From Bacteroidota bacterium (GTDB lineage Bacteria; Bacteroidota; Bacteroidia; NS11-12g; UBA9320), in contig JABIUV010000014.1 of the NCBI GenBank assembly GCA_018700895.1, positions 49,086 through 113,085 of the forward strand: DNA of 64,000 nucleotides, given 5' to 3'. The notes under the pieces were generated by a model. That model was not told the origin of the DNA. It searched no databases and saw nothing but the letters and a program-made list of their open reading frames with translations. Shown one piece after another: positions 40,227-49,564 of this stretch. Position 1 is the stretch's first letter, and each line of letters starts with the position of its first letter. The position numbers and the translations under genes were made by a program.

Positions 40227-41040
40227 CTAACGCTTAATCACCCGAATTATGCTGATTAGACCGCCTACTTGTGCAGATGCTACATATACCCCATTAGGCT
40301 GTGCCGACAAGTCTATCGATGTGCTTGTTCGCGTAATGGGTTGTGTATGCACGAGTTTCCCAGTAATGGAGAATAGTATCACTCTATCGCTTGCGGTAAA
40401 AGATGCCGCACGATGAGTCAATGTAATTCTACCTGTAGTCGGGTTAGGATATAGTCTTAAATGGGGGTTGTACATCAGTTCATTTACGGACACGCTTCCA
40501 TCGTTTACAAGGCATTCGTTAGTATAGGCGTTGCTCAGTTCGGTACTCTCTACCAAGCGAGCATTAGAATCTATGCATATACATCTTCCATCATTATAGT
40601 TGTAGGTGATTTGCGAAGCTTGCGTCTCAAAAGACTCGAACACACATTGTTCAAAGGATAAAGAGTCACTCGTAAGTGCTTGGTCTCTGTGGCTCCAGTT
40701 GGTAAATAGGGTGTTGCCGCCTTGCCTTGAATGGATGATACCTTCTGGTTACCTTTTACGGTACCATCAGCGTTCATAAATAAGATGTAAAATGCACCTG
40801 CATCAGTGGCTCCGTCATCGTCGGAGCGAGCACCTACTATGATATCCAGAACGCCATCACCATCTACATCTCCAGCTACGTCATGATCTCGCCCAAAACG
40901 GTCTCCAGCATCTAACTCTGCCTCAAATCCGCCCGACTCTTCTTCTACAATAACATAGCCATCTGGGCCATATTGAGTCGCATTCTGACCGATAGCAAAA
41001 CTGCTAATAAATAATAAGGAGAGAAGTAATAGATAAGTTT
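40227..41040 (-). pseudogene. FG-GAP repeat protein with T9SS C-terminal sorting domain, broken by frameshift and lacking start codon
   Basis: One upstream frame encodes signal-like 'TYLLLLSLLFISSFAIGQ' plus 'DVAGDVDGDGVLDIIVGARSDDDGATDAGAFYILFMNADGTVKG' (FG-GAP). The downstream frame (ORF 40227..40643) encodes T9SS sorting domain 'LRLYPNPTTGRITL...GVYVASAQ'. The frames switch at a 5-bp tandem duplication ccttg/ccttg (40720-40729). No ATG/GTG/TTG precedes the signal peptide. Confidence 0.55.
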
Positions 41041-42065
41041 GTTGGTTTGAATTCGTGATACGAAAATATTGATTTGTGATGTTAGGCGGTTTTAGTCTCG
41101 TAGCCCTTCAGTTAGATGTGATTTAGGGTAAAGTAGTTACTTAAGGTCCCTATTCTTCGGTTAGTATAAATGGTGAGACGTATTCGCCGCACGAAAGAGC
41201 ACTCAGATTACGCTTCCAGACGCTCCCAAGGAAGCTCCAGTTTATTGGATTTAGTATTTACGATTTTGTTACCTATCATTTATCACGAGGTTTCTTTTTA
41301 AATTTATTCAACTCAATTTAGTCGTTTATAAGCTTTTTCAAGTCCTTATAAAATCTTGTCCTTTAATTAGAATTGGTTGTCCGTTTGGGTCATAAATAGT
41401 TTATATTGTTCATATTCCTCTTGACCAACGATTGATAGACTTTCTGCTCCAATTTTGTGAGCAAAAAAAATGTGCTTGCCAAAAGAATTGTAAAAAAATC
41501 AATGGCCCGTCATAATTGGATGCTAGATGTCATATGAGTTGTGAATTCCCTTGTAGTACGTTCTTCCGTTTTACTTTTTTCGGAATGCTATGTCCGCCTT
41601 CCTTTGCCTTCCAGGTTTTGTTTTGATGGCTACTTGTTTGTAAAGTCGTTTCAAAAGCAACTTTTTCAGGTTGTTGAAAATCCCTTAGCCATTTCATCAG
41701 TGTTTTCAAAATTCTCTATATCCAATAATTTCAGGTATATGGTGTGAGAGGCTTTTGTTTTTCCTGCTTCATTGCAGTCGGCAATCATGTAAAGATTATT
41801 TGCTCGCACTCAGAACAGATTTATTTTTTTTATTCTGAATTCGGCTTAAATATAGGATCTCTTACATTCAAGGCATTATTTGAGTTAAAAAACTTGTAAT
41901 CAGATGTTTAATATTACAACTAAGTCTTCATTTGTCAGTCCTAGGATGTTAATTGCATTTTACATTTTTCTGAGAACAACTTTCTTTCGTTTTTGAGCCA
42001 GGAAAACAGAAAACCTAGATATGGAATAAATTCTATAATTTTGAAAAATACTAAAACATCAATAC

Positions 42066-42578
42066 ATGAAACTAATACAATTAACTATACTATGCTTTGG
42101 CCTACTATCTATGATGGTATCGTGCTCTCCAGAAGCCAACAATAGTAAAGAATTTTCCATTGATACAGTCCTTACGGCTAGCGGTCCACTCTTTGAAGGA
42201 AGTAATACCTGCCAAGCAGAAATAAGTTCGAATATAGCGGAGTACATAAAAGAAAATGGAATTTCTAAAGAGCAAATAGTCGATATAACTTTGAAATCTG
42301 CAGCAGCAAGTATTGATACCAGCAACCTAAACTTAGTAGAGTCTATCAACCTTCAAGTGTTTTCTGACAACTTCCCTATGCAGAACGTAGCCTTTGCCAA
42401 TGTAGAAGAAGGAAGCCAAATAGTGCAGCTAGAGGTAGCAGACGTACAAGAGCAGCTAAAGGCTATACTCTTTGACGGTAAAAGCTACATCATAGCAGAT
42501 GCTACAATAAAAGAGGACTTGGATGATGATTTGAACTTACCAATGAACTTAAATTTTAGCATAAACTATCACAAATAA
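42066..42578 (+). CDS. hypothetical lipoprotein
   Basis: Lipoprotein signal 'LLSMMVSCSPE'. Acidic. No family motif. Confidence 0.45.
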   Translation: MKLIQLTILCFGLLSMMVSCSPEANNSKEFSIDTVLTASGPLFEGSNTCQAEISSNIAEYIKENGISKEQIVDITLKSAAASIDTSNLNLVESINLQVFSDNFPMQNVAFANVEEGSQIVQLEVADVQEQLKAILFDGKSYIIADATIKEDLDDDLNLPMNLNFSINYHK

Positions 42579-42579
42579 A

Positions 42580-43068
42580 ATGAATAACATGAAAAAGAGT
42601 ATAACCTTAGTAGGATTATTAGCACTACTTTTTACCATTAGCAGTTTTACTTCTAACCCAGCTTCTGTACAAGATGGCGGTGATGACATAATAGGTATAT
42701 GGGAGCCGAGCAACGGCAAGGCAAGAGTGAAAATAGAAAAAATCGGATCTAAGTACTACGGAAAGATAGTATGGCTAAGAGAGCCAATAGACCCAGCCAC
42801 AAGCAAGCCAAAAGTAGATAAAAACAATGAAGACGAAAAAATGAGAAATGTGCCGCTCAGAGGATACAGAATGCTCAAAGATTTTACCTACGATGAAGCG
42901 AGCAAAGAGTGGACAGATGGTACCATCTATGACCCAGAAAGTGGGAGTCTATACAACTGCGTGATTACTATGAAAGATGATGTACTCAACATACGCGGAT
43001 ATGTAGGGGTAAAAGCTCTAGGTAGAACTGATACGTGGAAAAGACTAAAACTTAAAAAGAAAAACTAA
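42580..43068 (+). CDS. DUF2147 domain protein
   Basis: Signal peptide. 'IIGIWEPSNGKARVKIEKIGSKYYGKIVWL' matches the DUF2147 signature (GxWxxxxGxxxVxIxxxxGxxxGKIVW). Confidence 0.6.
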   Translation: MNNMKKSITLVGLLALLFTISSFTSNPASVQDGGDDIIGIWEPSNGKARVKIEKIGSKYYGKIVWLREPIDPATSKPKVDKNNEDEKMRNVPLRGYRMLKDFTYDEASKEWTDGTIYDPESGSLYNCVITMKDDVLNIRGYVGVKALGRTDTWKRLKLKKKN

Positions 43069-43072
43069 GCGT

Positions 43073-44185
43073 ATGAAAATGGTTTTGAAGCGTGCTACGT
43101 TTTCCCTAATTGTCTTAAGCTTGGCTAGCGTAGGTTTTGCACAGTTGGATTCTAACTATGTAGAAGAAGAGGAAGATTATAGTATGTACGACGATGTAGA
43201 AGACGTGGGAGAAATAAAGACCTATTGTAGTCCAAAAATTTTTGATCTGAGTCCCAATAGATTTCTCTCGCTAGGCTACGATGTAACCGGAAGTGGAACG
43301 CTAAAAACTAGCGACGAAGGTGCTTACAAGCCAGATGATGATGTGGCAAGAAACGACCAAAGCGACTTAAAGTATCATGGTATACGTATAAATGCCAATA
43401 TCCCAGTGATATCTAAATCCAAATTGGTATGGCAGATAGGCGGCGGGTTTAACCAAGCGAGGATAGCCACCAATCAAATAGCAAATGCAGGAGACCATAA
43501 TCTGCTGCTCGATGAACTAGAAGAAAATCTCACGAGCATAAATCTCAATACGACCATATTTAAACCCCTCGGAGAGAAGAATTTTCTACTTTTACAAGTA
43601 CTCGCGGAGCAAAACGGAAACTATACTTTTGGCTCCTCGGGCAGCAGTCCAGATCTTGCTAATACCAAGTACTCTGCCACCGGCTTGTGGGGCAAGAGAC
43701 CACATGACAGATTGCAGTGGGGTGTAGGAGTCTCCAGAACTTACCGTGCAGGAGAGCTAAACTATATACCCGTGGTGATGTATAATTTTACCGCAGAAAA
43801 CAGAAAATGGGGAACAGAGATTCTCTTTCCTGCAAAAGCATTTTACCGCAGAAAGATAGATTCTAGAAATATCCTATTAGCAGGATTTGAGCTAGAAGGA
43901 AGCTCATACAGATTGTATAACACTAAATTCAATGCACAAAACTTAGAACTACGCAGAAGTGAGATTCGCCTGAGACTAGACTACCAGAAACAGCTAAAAG
44001 GCTTCATATGGATGGGTATACAAGCAGGAGCTGTCTTAAACTACTCGTACAATACAGATGACCTTACAGCCACTAGCAATACAGACTTTTACAGAGGATT
44101 CTTTGGGGACCAGACGTATGCATTTAGCAATGCACTGAGCCCAATGCCATATGTAAATTTGAGTTTGAACTTGGTGAGTAAATAG
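43073..44185 (+). CDS. hypothetical secreted protein (possible OM beta-barrel)
   Basis: 370 aa. Signal peptide ...GFAQ. Acidic N-terminal stretch, then beta-strand-like alternation. 4-nt spacer to the DUF2147 gene. Confidence 0.45.
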   Translation: MKMVLKRATFSLIVLSLASVGFAQLDSNYVEEEEDYSMYDDVEDVGEIKTYCSPKIFDLSPNRFLSLGYDVTGSGTLKTSDEGAYKPDDDVARNDQSDLKYHGIRINANIPVISKSKLVWQIGGGFNQARIATNQIANAGDHNLLLDELEENLTSINLNTTIFKPLGEKNFLLLQVLAEQNGNYTFGSSGSSPDLANTKYSATGLWGKRPHDRLQWGVGVSRTYRAGELNYIPVVMYNFTAENRKWGTEILFPAKAFYRRKIDSRNILLAGFELEGSSYRLYNTKFNAQNLELRRSEIRLRLDYQKQLKGFIWMGIQAGAVLNYSYNTDDLTATSNTDFYRGFFGDQTYAFSNALSPMPYVNLSLNLVSK

Positions 44186-44396
44186 GTGTTTAGAGAAATA
44201 CCGTTTACTGAGTACTCTCTTACTACCTACGCTAAAAGTAGATCCTGATATTGTTAAACCAAGGCTTTTGAATGCCTAATAACAGTTAAACAATAGAAAG
44301 GTGCACATATCTCGTTTCTTTCCAAATCTTACGTCGTTAGAAAAAATGATCATAACTTGTTCCTCCGCTAAAGTTGTGGCGACACGCGGACGGCTA

Positions 44397-44437
44397 TGCT
44401 ATTTTTTTCTACTACTTAACAGTATTATTTTTGGGAA
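44397..44437 (+). repeat. ~45-bp direct repeat, copy A (TGCTATT-TTTTTTCTACTNCTTAACAGTAYTATTTTTGGRA)
   Basis: tgctatttttttctactacttaacagtattatttttgggaa. Matches copy B at ~37/40 positions. Confidence 0.8.
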
Positions 44438-44740
44438 AGCCTACAAGGTATTAAGCTTTTAGTCTGATACATCTAATTTATACCGTCGATTATAATTTTC
44501 TATTGCAATAAATCCAAAAGTTTATCCGCCGTAGGAGGAGACGTTTCACAGTTTCCCTCCTGCACTACCCTCTGGCAGACACGTGTTATTTATGTTTATC
44601 ACACGAGTTTATCCCGATAGCCATCGGGACATACCCATACACAGGTAAATTCGAAACCGAAGACCTTTCACTACATCTTCGACCGAGCTTGGATGGAGTT
44701 CTCAGATGATGAGATCCTCGCCATCCGCAAACGCTAACTC

Positions 44741-45355
44741 TTACCCTCTCAGCTCCCGCCAAAAGTCCCTAAAACCTTCTTTGGTAAACATTTTTTTGAA
44801 CTCGATCCACAGGGTTGTTTTGGGTGGAGGAGTAGGTTTTAGTTTTTGGTACTCATCGGGGTCACGGGAGTCTATGGTTTTCACGCCCAGTAAGTCGTCG
44901 CTGTACTTAAATCGCTCCCTCGCTCTGGCTGTAAATCCCAACTTTTGCTCAGCGAGGCCCAAGTTGTTGAGGGTAATGGCATCTTCAGGGTCCAGCTCTA
45001 GGGCTTTGGTGTAGTCGTCTACACTTCCTTCGGTATTGCCTGTTTTGTCGCGTATGTAGGCTCTGCAGCTGTAATAGTAGGCATTGGTAGGCTCTAGGGA
45101 TATTGCCTTGTCAAAATCTTGGATAGCGTGCTTGAAACGCAAGTTAAACTTGCATACGCCGCGTTCGTTGTAATATTCAGCCTTATTGGGCTCAGAGGCT
45201 ATGAGGGTGTTCCAGCAGTTCATGGCTTCTTCCCATTGCTTTGTTTTTTGATAGGCAAAGGCTGCTAGGGGCAGATGTTCTAATGGCGGATGGGCTCCAA
45301 GTGTGGCGAGTACCTGATCGTATTGGCCGTTGTCATATAATTCTTGTACGCTCAT
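44741..45355 (-). CDS. tetratricopeptide repeat (TPR) protein
   Basis: 204 aa. Multiple 34-aa TPR units (e.g. 'AEYYNERGVCKFNLRFKHAIQDFDKAISLEPTN', 'AYYYSCRAYIRDKTGNTEGSVDDYTKALELDPED'). Confidence 0.75.
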   Translation of the reverse strand: MSVQELYDNGQYDQVLATLGAHPPLEHLPLAAFAYQKTKQWEEAMNCWNTLIASEPNKAEYYNERGVCKFNLRFKHAIQDFDKAISLEPTNAYYYSCRAYIRDKTGNTEGSVDDYTKALELDPEDAITLNNLGLAEQKLGFTARARERFKYSDDLLGVKTIDSRDPDEYQKLKPTPPPKTTLWIEFKKMFTKEGFRDFWRELRG

Positions 45356-45359
45356 AGGT

Positions 45360-45812
45360 TTAAAACAATTTTGGGATGAAAATGATTGTGGCTACTACCA
45401 CCGCAAACATACTTGCTACCAATACGGCTCCGGCACTTACGTCTTTTATGATTTTAATCTGGGCATCGTGTTGGGTGGTGATTCTGTCACATACCCCTTC
45501 TATGGCCGTATTGAGCATTTCGCTCACCCATACCAGGCAGATGGCCAAGGCAATCCATAACCACTCCATAGCCGCTAGGCTGCAGTAATATCCCATCCCG
45601 ATGACCACTAGCGATGCGACAAGGTGAAACTTGGCGTTTCGCTCCGTGGTGATGAAGGATTTTATCCCTGCCAAGGCGTGTACAAATGCGTGAAGGTAGG
45701 TACGTAGCATATACACAAAGGTAGGAATAATGGATGTAGGAATACGCTTGTAATACGTGTTCCTGCAGAACAGATATATTCGCCCTATCCAAAACCGATG
45801 AGCGTAGAACAA
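45360..45812 (-). CDS. dgkA: diacylglycerol kinase family protein (DgkA-like)
   Basis: 'NAKFHLVASLVVIGMGYY...EMLNTAIEGVCDRITTQHDAQIKIIKDVSAGAVLVASMFAVVVATIIF' is the prokaryotic DAGK fold. The true start is probably an internal Met (~45720), because the N-terminal ~30 aa of the long ORF are atypical. Confidence 0.65.
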   Translation of the reverse strand: MFYAHRFWIGRIYLFCRNTYYKRIPTSIIPTFVYMLRTYLHAFVHALAGIKSFITTERNAKFHLVASLVVIGMGYYCSLAAMEWLWIALAICLVWVSEMLNTAIEGVCDRITTQHDAQIKIIKDVSAGAVLVASMFAVVVATIIFIPKLF

Positions 45813-46373
45813 GACCTAAGAGATAGAGGAAACGATAGCTGCGAGCTATGTGGAGGCAAAAGTGGACTTACGGTATATCCCGTATCTCCCAAGGATGGGA
45901 GCTCTGCCGAGCATTGTGTGATGACCTGCGAAACCTGCCACCACCAGCTGCACCATACCGATAGCATAGAGCCCAATCACTGGCGGTGTCTAAATGATAG
46001 TATGTGGGCGGAGGCCAATGCCGTAAAAGTAGTGGCGTGGCGTATGCTGCATCTGCTAAAAGACGAAGGTTGGCCTGCTGACCTGCTCGATATGATGTAC
46101 ATGGACGAAGAGACCACTGCTTGGGCCAAGGATGGCTCCGACGATACAGCAGGGAGTGGCGTAGTACACAAGGACAGTAATGGCATTACCCTCCAGGTAG
46201 GTGATTCGGTTGTACTTATCAAGGATTTGCACGTAAAAGGAAGCAGTATGATTGCCAAGCGGGGTACGGCAGTACGCAATATTCGTCTAGACCCTGATAA
46301 TGAGACCTATATAGAAGGAAAGGTAGGCGGGCAAACCATTGTTATCATCACCGATTATGTGAAAAAGACGTGA
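45798..46373 (+). CDS. PhnA-domain protein (zinc-ribbon + PhnA C-terminal domain)
   Basis: N-terminal 'CELCGG...CETCHHQLHH' ribbon. C-terminal 'GDSVVLIKDLHVKGSSMIAKRGTAVRNIRL' is the PhnA/YjdC signature. Confidence 0.75.
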   Translation: MSVEQDLRDRGNDSCELCGGKSGLTVYPVSPKDGSSAEHCVMTCETCHHQLHHTDSIEPNHWRCLNDSMWAEANAVKVVAWRMLHLLKDEGWPADLLDMMYMDEETTAWAKDGSDDTAGSGVVHKDSNGITLQVGDSVVLIKDLHVKGSSMIAKRGTAVRNIRLDPDNETYIEGKVGGQTIVIITDYVKKT

Positions 46374-46609
46374 TGTTTTTCGGTGATAGTGGCCTCTGAG
46401 CAGTTGATGTGGGAGTAAGGTGGTTTATTATCCGCAGTGAGTGAATAGTGAGACGTGTTCGCTGTGGGGAGGGGCTTTTATGAGAGGGTTTACAAGACGT
46501 ACGCTTAGTTATTCTGCAACTTTTTTATCCTTTGATTAAAATATGGAATTCATACTTGCTCCACTTTTGAGGCAGTCTTCAGGTGTAAACTTACTCTTTC
46601 TCATTTTTG

Positions 46610-46665
46610 TGCTATTGAGTTTAATTACTTTTTTCTACTTCTTAACAGTACTATTTTTTTGGAAT
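46610..46665 (+). repeat. ~45-bp direct repeat, copy B (with 12-nt insert gagtttaattac)
   Basis: tgctatt[gagtttaattac]ttttttctacttcttaacagtactatttttttggaa. Confidence 0.8.
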
Positions 46666-47039
46666 CTTACATTCAAGAGTTCTCTCTGTGGGTTTGTAGT
46701 GATTGAGAAAGATAATATATTATTTTCCAGAGCTCATCTTCTCTTTAGGTCCATATCTATTGCTAAATCCCTAAATCTAAATTTCGTCTGTATTTAATTG
46801 CCCTTTATAAATTATCAGAAGTTTCGCTTTAGCCCGAAAGTCTCCATTGGATGTGTATTCGACTACAGCAATGACATCTGAACTGTCAATCATTTCTTTA
46901 CAGTCAGGGTAAATCCAACTTCCGCTTTGGCTTGAAGTGTCGAAAGGGTAAGAAGGAGAATAGGCAATATTATGGTTAGTCGTTTCATTTTTTACATTAG
47001 GGGCAACACAAGTATACGTGTACTACACATATATCTCAT

Positions 47040-47073
47040 GTTTTTCTACTTATCAAATTTACCTTTTTTTGAG
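47040..47073 (+). repeat. degenerate third copy (C) of the repeat
   Basis: gtttttctacttatcaaatttacctttttttgag. Shares TTTTTCTACTT...T-tract...G with A/B (about 24/34 positions). Confidence 0.45.
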
Positions 47074-47168
47074 CTAAAGTCCAAACGGGTGGAAACCCTT
47101 ATTTGGTTGGGTATGACCCAAAGTCAGGCGTATGCGGAGCAAGGACGAGCTACTACCCGACGCTCTCC

Positions 47169-48500
47169 CTATATCAATCCCCGAGACTTGATCTCCAGGT
47201 ACTTGTCTATGGTGTCTACCGTGAGGTGCTTGGGGTCGGTGAGCAAGGTCTGTATGCCTTGTTTGTTGAGCTCCTTTACCATCAGTTTTTTCTGGAAACT
47301 TAGTTTTTCGGCAATCGCCTTGTTGTAGTAATCGCTCTGGTGGGTAGCCTCAGATTGTACTACCTTTTCTATCTCCCTGTTTTTGAAAAATACCACGAGC
47401 AGCACATTGTTCTTAGCTATGCCTTTGAGGTACGGGAGTTGGCGTTGGAGGGAGTTCATATCCTCAAAATTGGTAAACAATACCATCAGGCTACGGTGGT
47501 TTATCTTAAACTTGATATCGGCATACAGTTTTTCGAAGTTGCTCTCATAAAACTCCGTTTTGAGATTGTATAAGGCACTCAGTATTTTGGGCAACTGCGA
47601 TACGGCTTTGTCGGCTGGGAGTATCTGATTTACACGCTTGTTAAAATGGAGCATTCCAGCTCTATCGTGCTTGCGTATGATGATATGGCTCAAGGCCAAG
47701 GTGCTATTTATGGCATAGTCTAGCAGGGTTAGCCCGTCAAAAGGCATTTGCATTGCTCTGCCGCTATCTATAAGGCAATAGACCTGCTGTGCTCGCTCTT
47801 CGGTATACTGATTTACCATCAACTCACCACGTTTTGCACTTGCTTTCCAGTTGATGTAGCGTATGTCGTCTCCTTTTACATAGTCTTTTATATGTTCAAA
47901 TTCCATACTCTGACCGATGCGTCGGGTCTTTTTGGCACCTATGTCGCGGGTGTAGTATTTCAGATTTTTGAGGCTATACCTATTCAGGTGTATGTAGGAT
48001 GGGTACACGGCTATCTGCTGACTAGCCCGTAACTGATACTTGCGTTGGATCATTCGCAAGGGTGATTTTACTAGTACTACAATATCACCAAAGTCATACT
48101 CGCCCCGTAAGGTCGGGATTATAGTGTATTGGAGTTCTTTATTTTTATGGGGAGATAGCAACGTGTCAAATTTCTGTCCACGCATATTGAGCTGGTACGG
48201 TAGTTCGTCATATATACGAGCCGATACCGGAAAGGAGTACGTACTGTCTATACTTAGCACACAATCATTCTCATCACCATTACTCAGGATGGCATTGATT
48301 TGGCGTGAGCCTGTGATGTGAGACCCACGGTATAGTAACCCTACATCGAGCAATAACAAAACGACCAAAACAGCAACTACCACCGTACCTGCCAAGGTAT
48401 ATGGCGGGTAAAAGTGACCCAGCGTATATAACACAGCGGCTATTCCTAGCCCTATGAAAAATACACTATTGAGCAGTATGCTATTCCAAAATTTTGCCAT
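47169..48500 (-). CDS. DUF58 domain protein (vWA-like, MoxR partner)
   Basis: 443 aa. Two N-terminal TM helices. DUF58 block 'EFEHIKDYVKGDDIRYINWKASAKRGELMV'. Confidence 0.8.
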   Translation of the reverse strand: MAKFWNSILLNSVFFIGLGIAAVLYTLGHFYPPYTLAGTVVVAVLVVLLLLDVGLLYRGSHITGSRQINAILSNGDENDCVLSIDSTYSFPVSARIYDELPYQLNMRGQKFDTLLSPHKNKELQYTIIPTLRGEYDFGDIVVLVKSPLRMIQRKYQLRASQQIAVYPSYIHLNRYSLKNLKYYTRDIGAKKTRRIGQSMEFEHIKDYVKGDDIRYINWKASAKRGELMVNQYTEERAQQVYCLIDSGRAMQMPFDGLTLLDYAINSTLALSHIIIRKHDRAGMLHFNKRVNQILPADKAVSQLPKILSALYNLKTEFYESNFEKLYADIKFKINHRSLMVLFTNFEDMNSLQRQLPYLKGIAKNNVLLVVFFKNREIEKVVQSEATHQSDYYNKAIAEKLSFQKKLMVKELNKQGIQTLLTDPKHLTVDTIDKYLEIKSRGLI

Positions 48501-48505
48501 GTGGA

Positions 48506-49564
48506 CTATCTTGGTATTTCAGTGCCTTCTATGAGTTCTTTTACAATCGTATCTGGCGTGATGCCTTCCATCTCTTTCTCAGGAGATACAACCACACGAT
48601 GGCGTAGGGCGAGTGCAGCTACGCTTTTAACATCCTCGGGTATCACAAAGTCTCTTCCGCTTATAGCTGCTTTGGCTTTGGCGGCATTGAGTATGCTTAT
48701 AGACGCACGTGGAGATGCTCCTAGGTATAGCATAGGGTGATTTCGGGTTTGGTTTACCAAGCTGGCGATGTAGCTGATGATAGATGATTCCACTTCTACA
48801 TCTTTGGCGGTTTGTTGCAACTCGGCCACGTTGGCCGCGTTCAGTATGGGTTTCACGTCAGCCATCTCATCGGTACCGTGGCGTGCATTATGATTGGCGA
48901 GTATCGTTGTTTCTTCGTCTATGCTAGGGTAGTCTAGGTTTATCTTAAATAGGAATCGGTCTAGCTGAGCCTCTGGCAGTCGGTAGGTTCCTTCTTGCTC
49001 TATGGGATTTTGCGTAGCGAGTATAATAAAGGGCTTATTCATATCATACTGGTTTCCGTCTATGGTGATTTGTCTCTCGGCCATTACCTCAAAGAGTGCC
49101 GACTGTGTTTTGGCTGGAGCCCTGTTTATCTCATCTATAAGCACAATGCTCGAGAAAATAGGCCCCGCCTTGAATTCAAACTCGGTGTTTTTAGGATTGA
49201 AAACCGAAGTACCCAATATATCGGATGGCATCAAGTCTGGCGTGAATTGTATCCGCGAAAAGTCTACATTCATAGTGCGAGCTAGGAGCTTAGCACTTAG
49301 GGTTTTAGCGATACCCGGCACCCCTTCTATAAGGCAATTGCCATCTGCTATGATACCTACTATAAGTGCATCTATCAGCTCTTTTTGGCCTACGATTACC
49401 TTATGGAGCTCGTGGCGTATAGCTGCTACGCTGTGCTGTAGCTTACTGAGTTCTATTTTGGGTTCAAAAGAAGGAGTGCTCTCCTCTGGCAGTGGGGTAG
49501 GATTAGGTGTAGCTTCTGGTGCTGCCTGCTCTTCGTTCATTGGTGTGTTTTCTTCTGTACTCAT
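48506..49564 (-). CDS. MoxR-family AAA+ ATPase
   Basis: Walker A 'GVPGIAKT'. 'FSRIQFTPDLMPSDILGT' MoxR signature. Walker B 'VLIDEINRA'. Confidence 0.9.
   Translation of the reverse strand: MSTEENTPMNEEQAAPEATPNPTPLPEESTPSFEPKIELSKLQHSVAAIRHELHKVIVGQKELIDALIVGIIADGNCLIEGVPGIAKTLSAKLLARTMNVDFSRIQFTPDLMPSDILGTSVFNPKNTEFEFKAGPIFSSIVLIDEINRAPAKTQSALFEVMAERQITIDGNQYDMNKPFIILATQNPIEQEGTYRLPEAQLDRFLFKINLDYPSIDEETTILANHNARHGTDEMADVKPILNAANVAELQQTAKDVEVESSIISYIASLVNQTRNHPMLYLGASPRASISILNAAKAKAAISGRDFVIPEDVKSVAALALRHRVVVSPEKEMEGITPDTIVKELIEGTEIPR

Noticed and set aside
41173-41187. 15-mer GTGAGACGT[A/G]TTCGC shared between 41173-41187 and 46448-46462
   Set aside because: A single-mismatch 15-16-mer pair is expected by chance in a 64-kb window. 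Flanks show no extended similarity.
41041-42065. Possible IS element or integrase in the long non-coding gap
   Set aside because: There are no terminal inverted repeats and no DDE or tyrosine-recombinase motifs in any frame. Only vague ORF remnants were found, and these were downgraded to a low-interest finding.
44706-45014. 102-aa + strand ORF
   Set aside because: It is entirely antisense to the well-supported TPR gene and has low-complexity Ser-rich composition.
46543-46797. 84-aa hydrophobic ORF (MEFILAPLL...)
   Set aside because: It is composed largely of the translated T-rich repeat copy B and low-complexity sequence, so it is almost certainly not coding.
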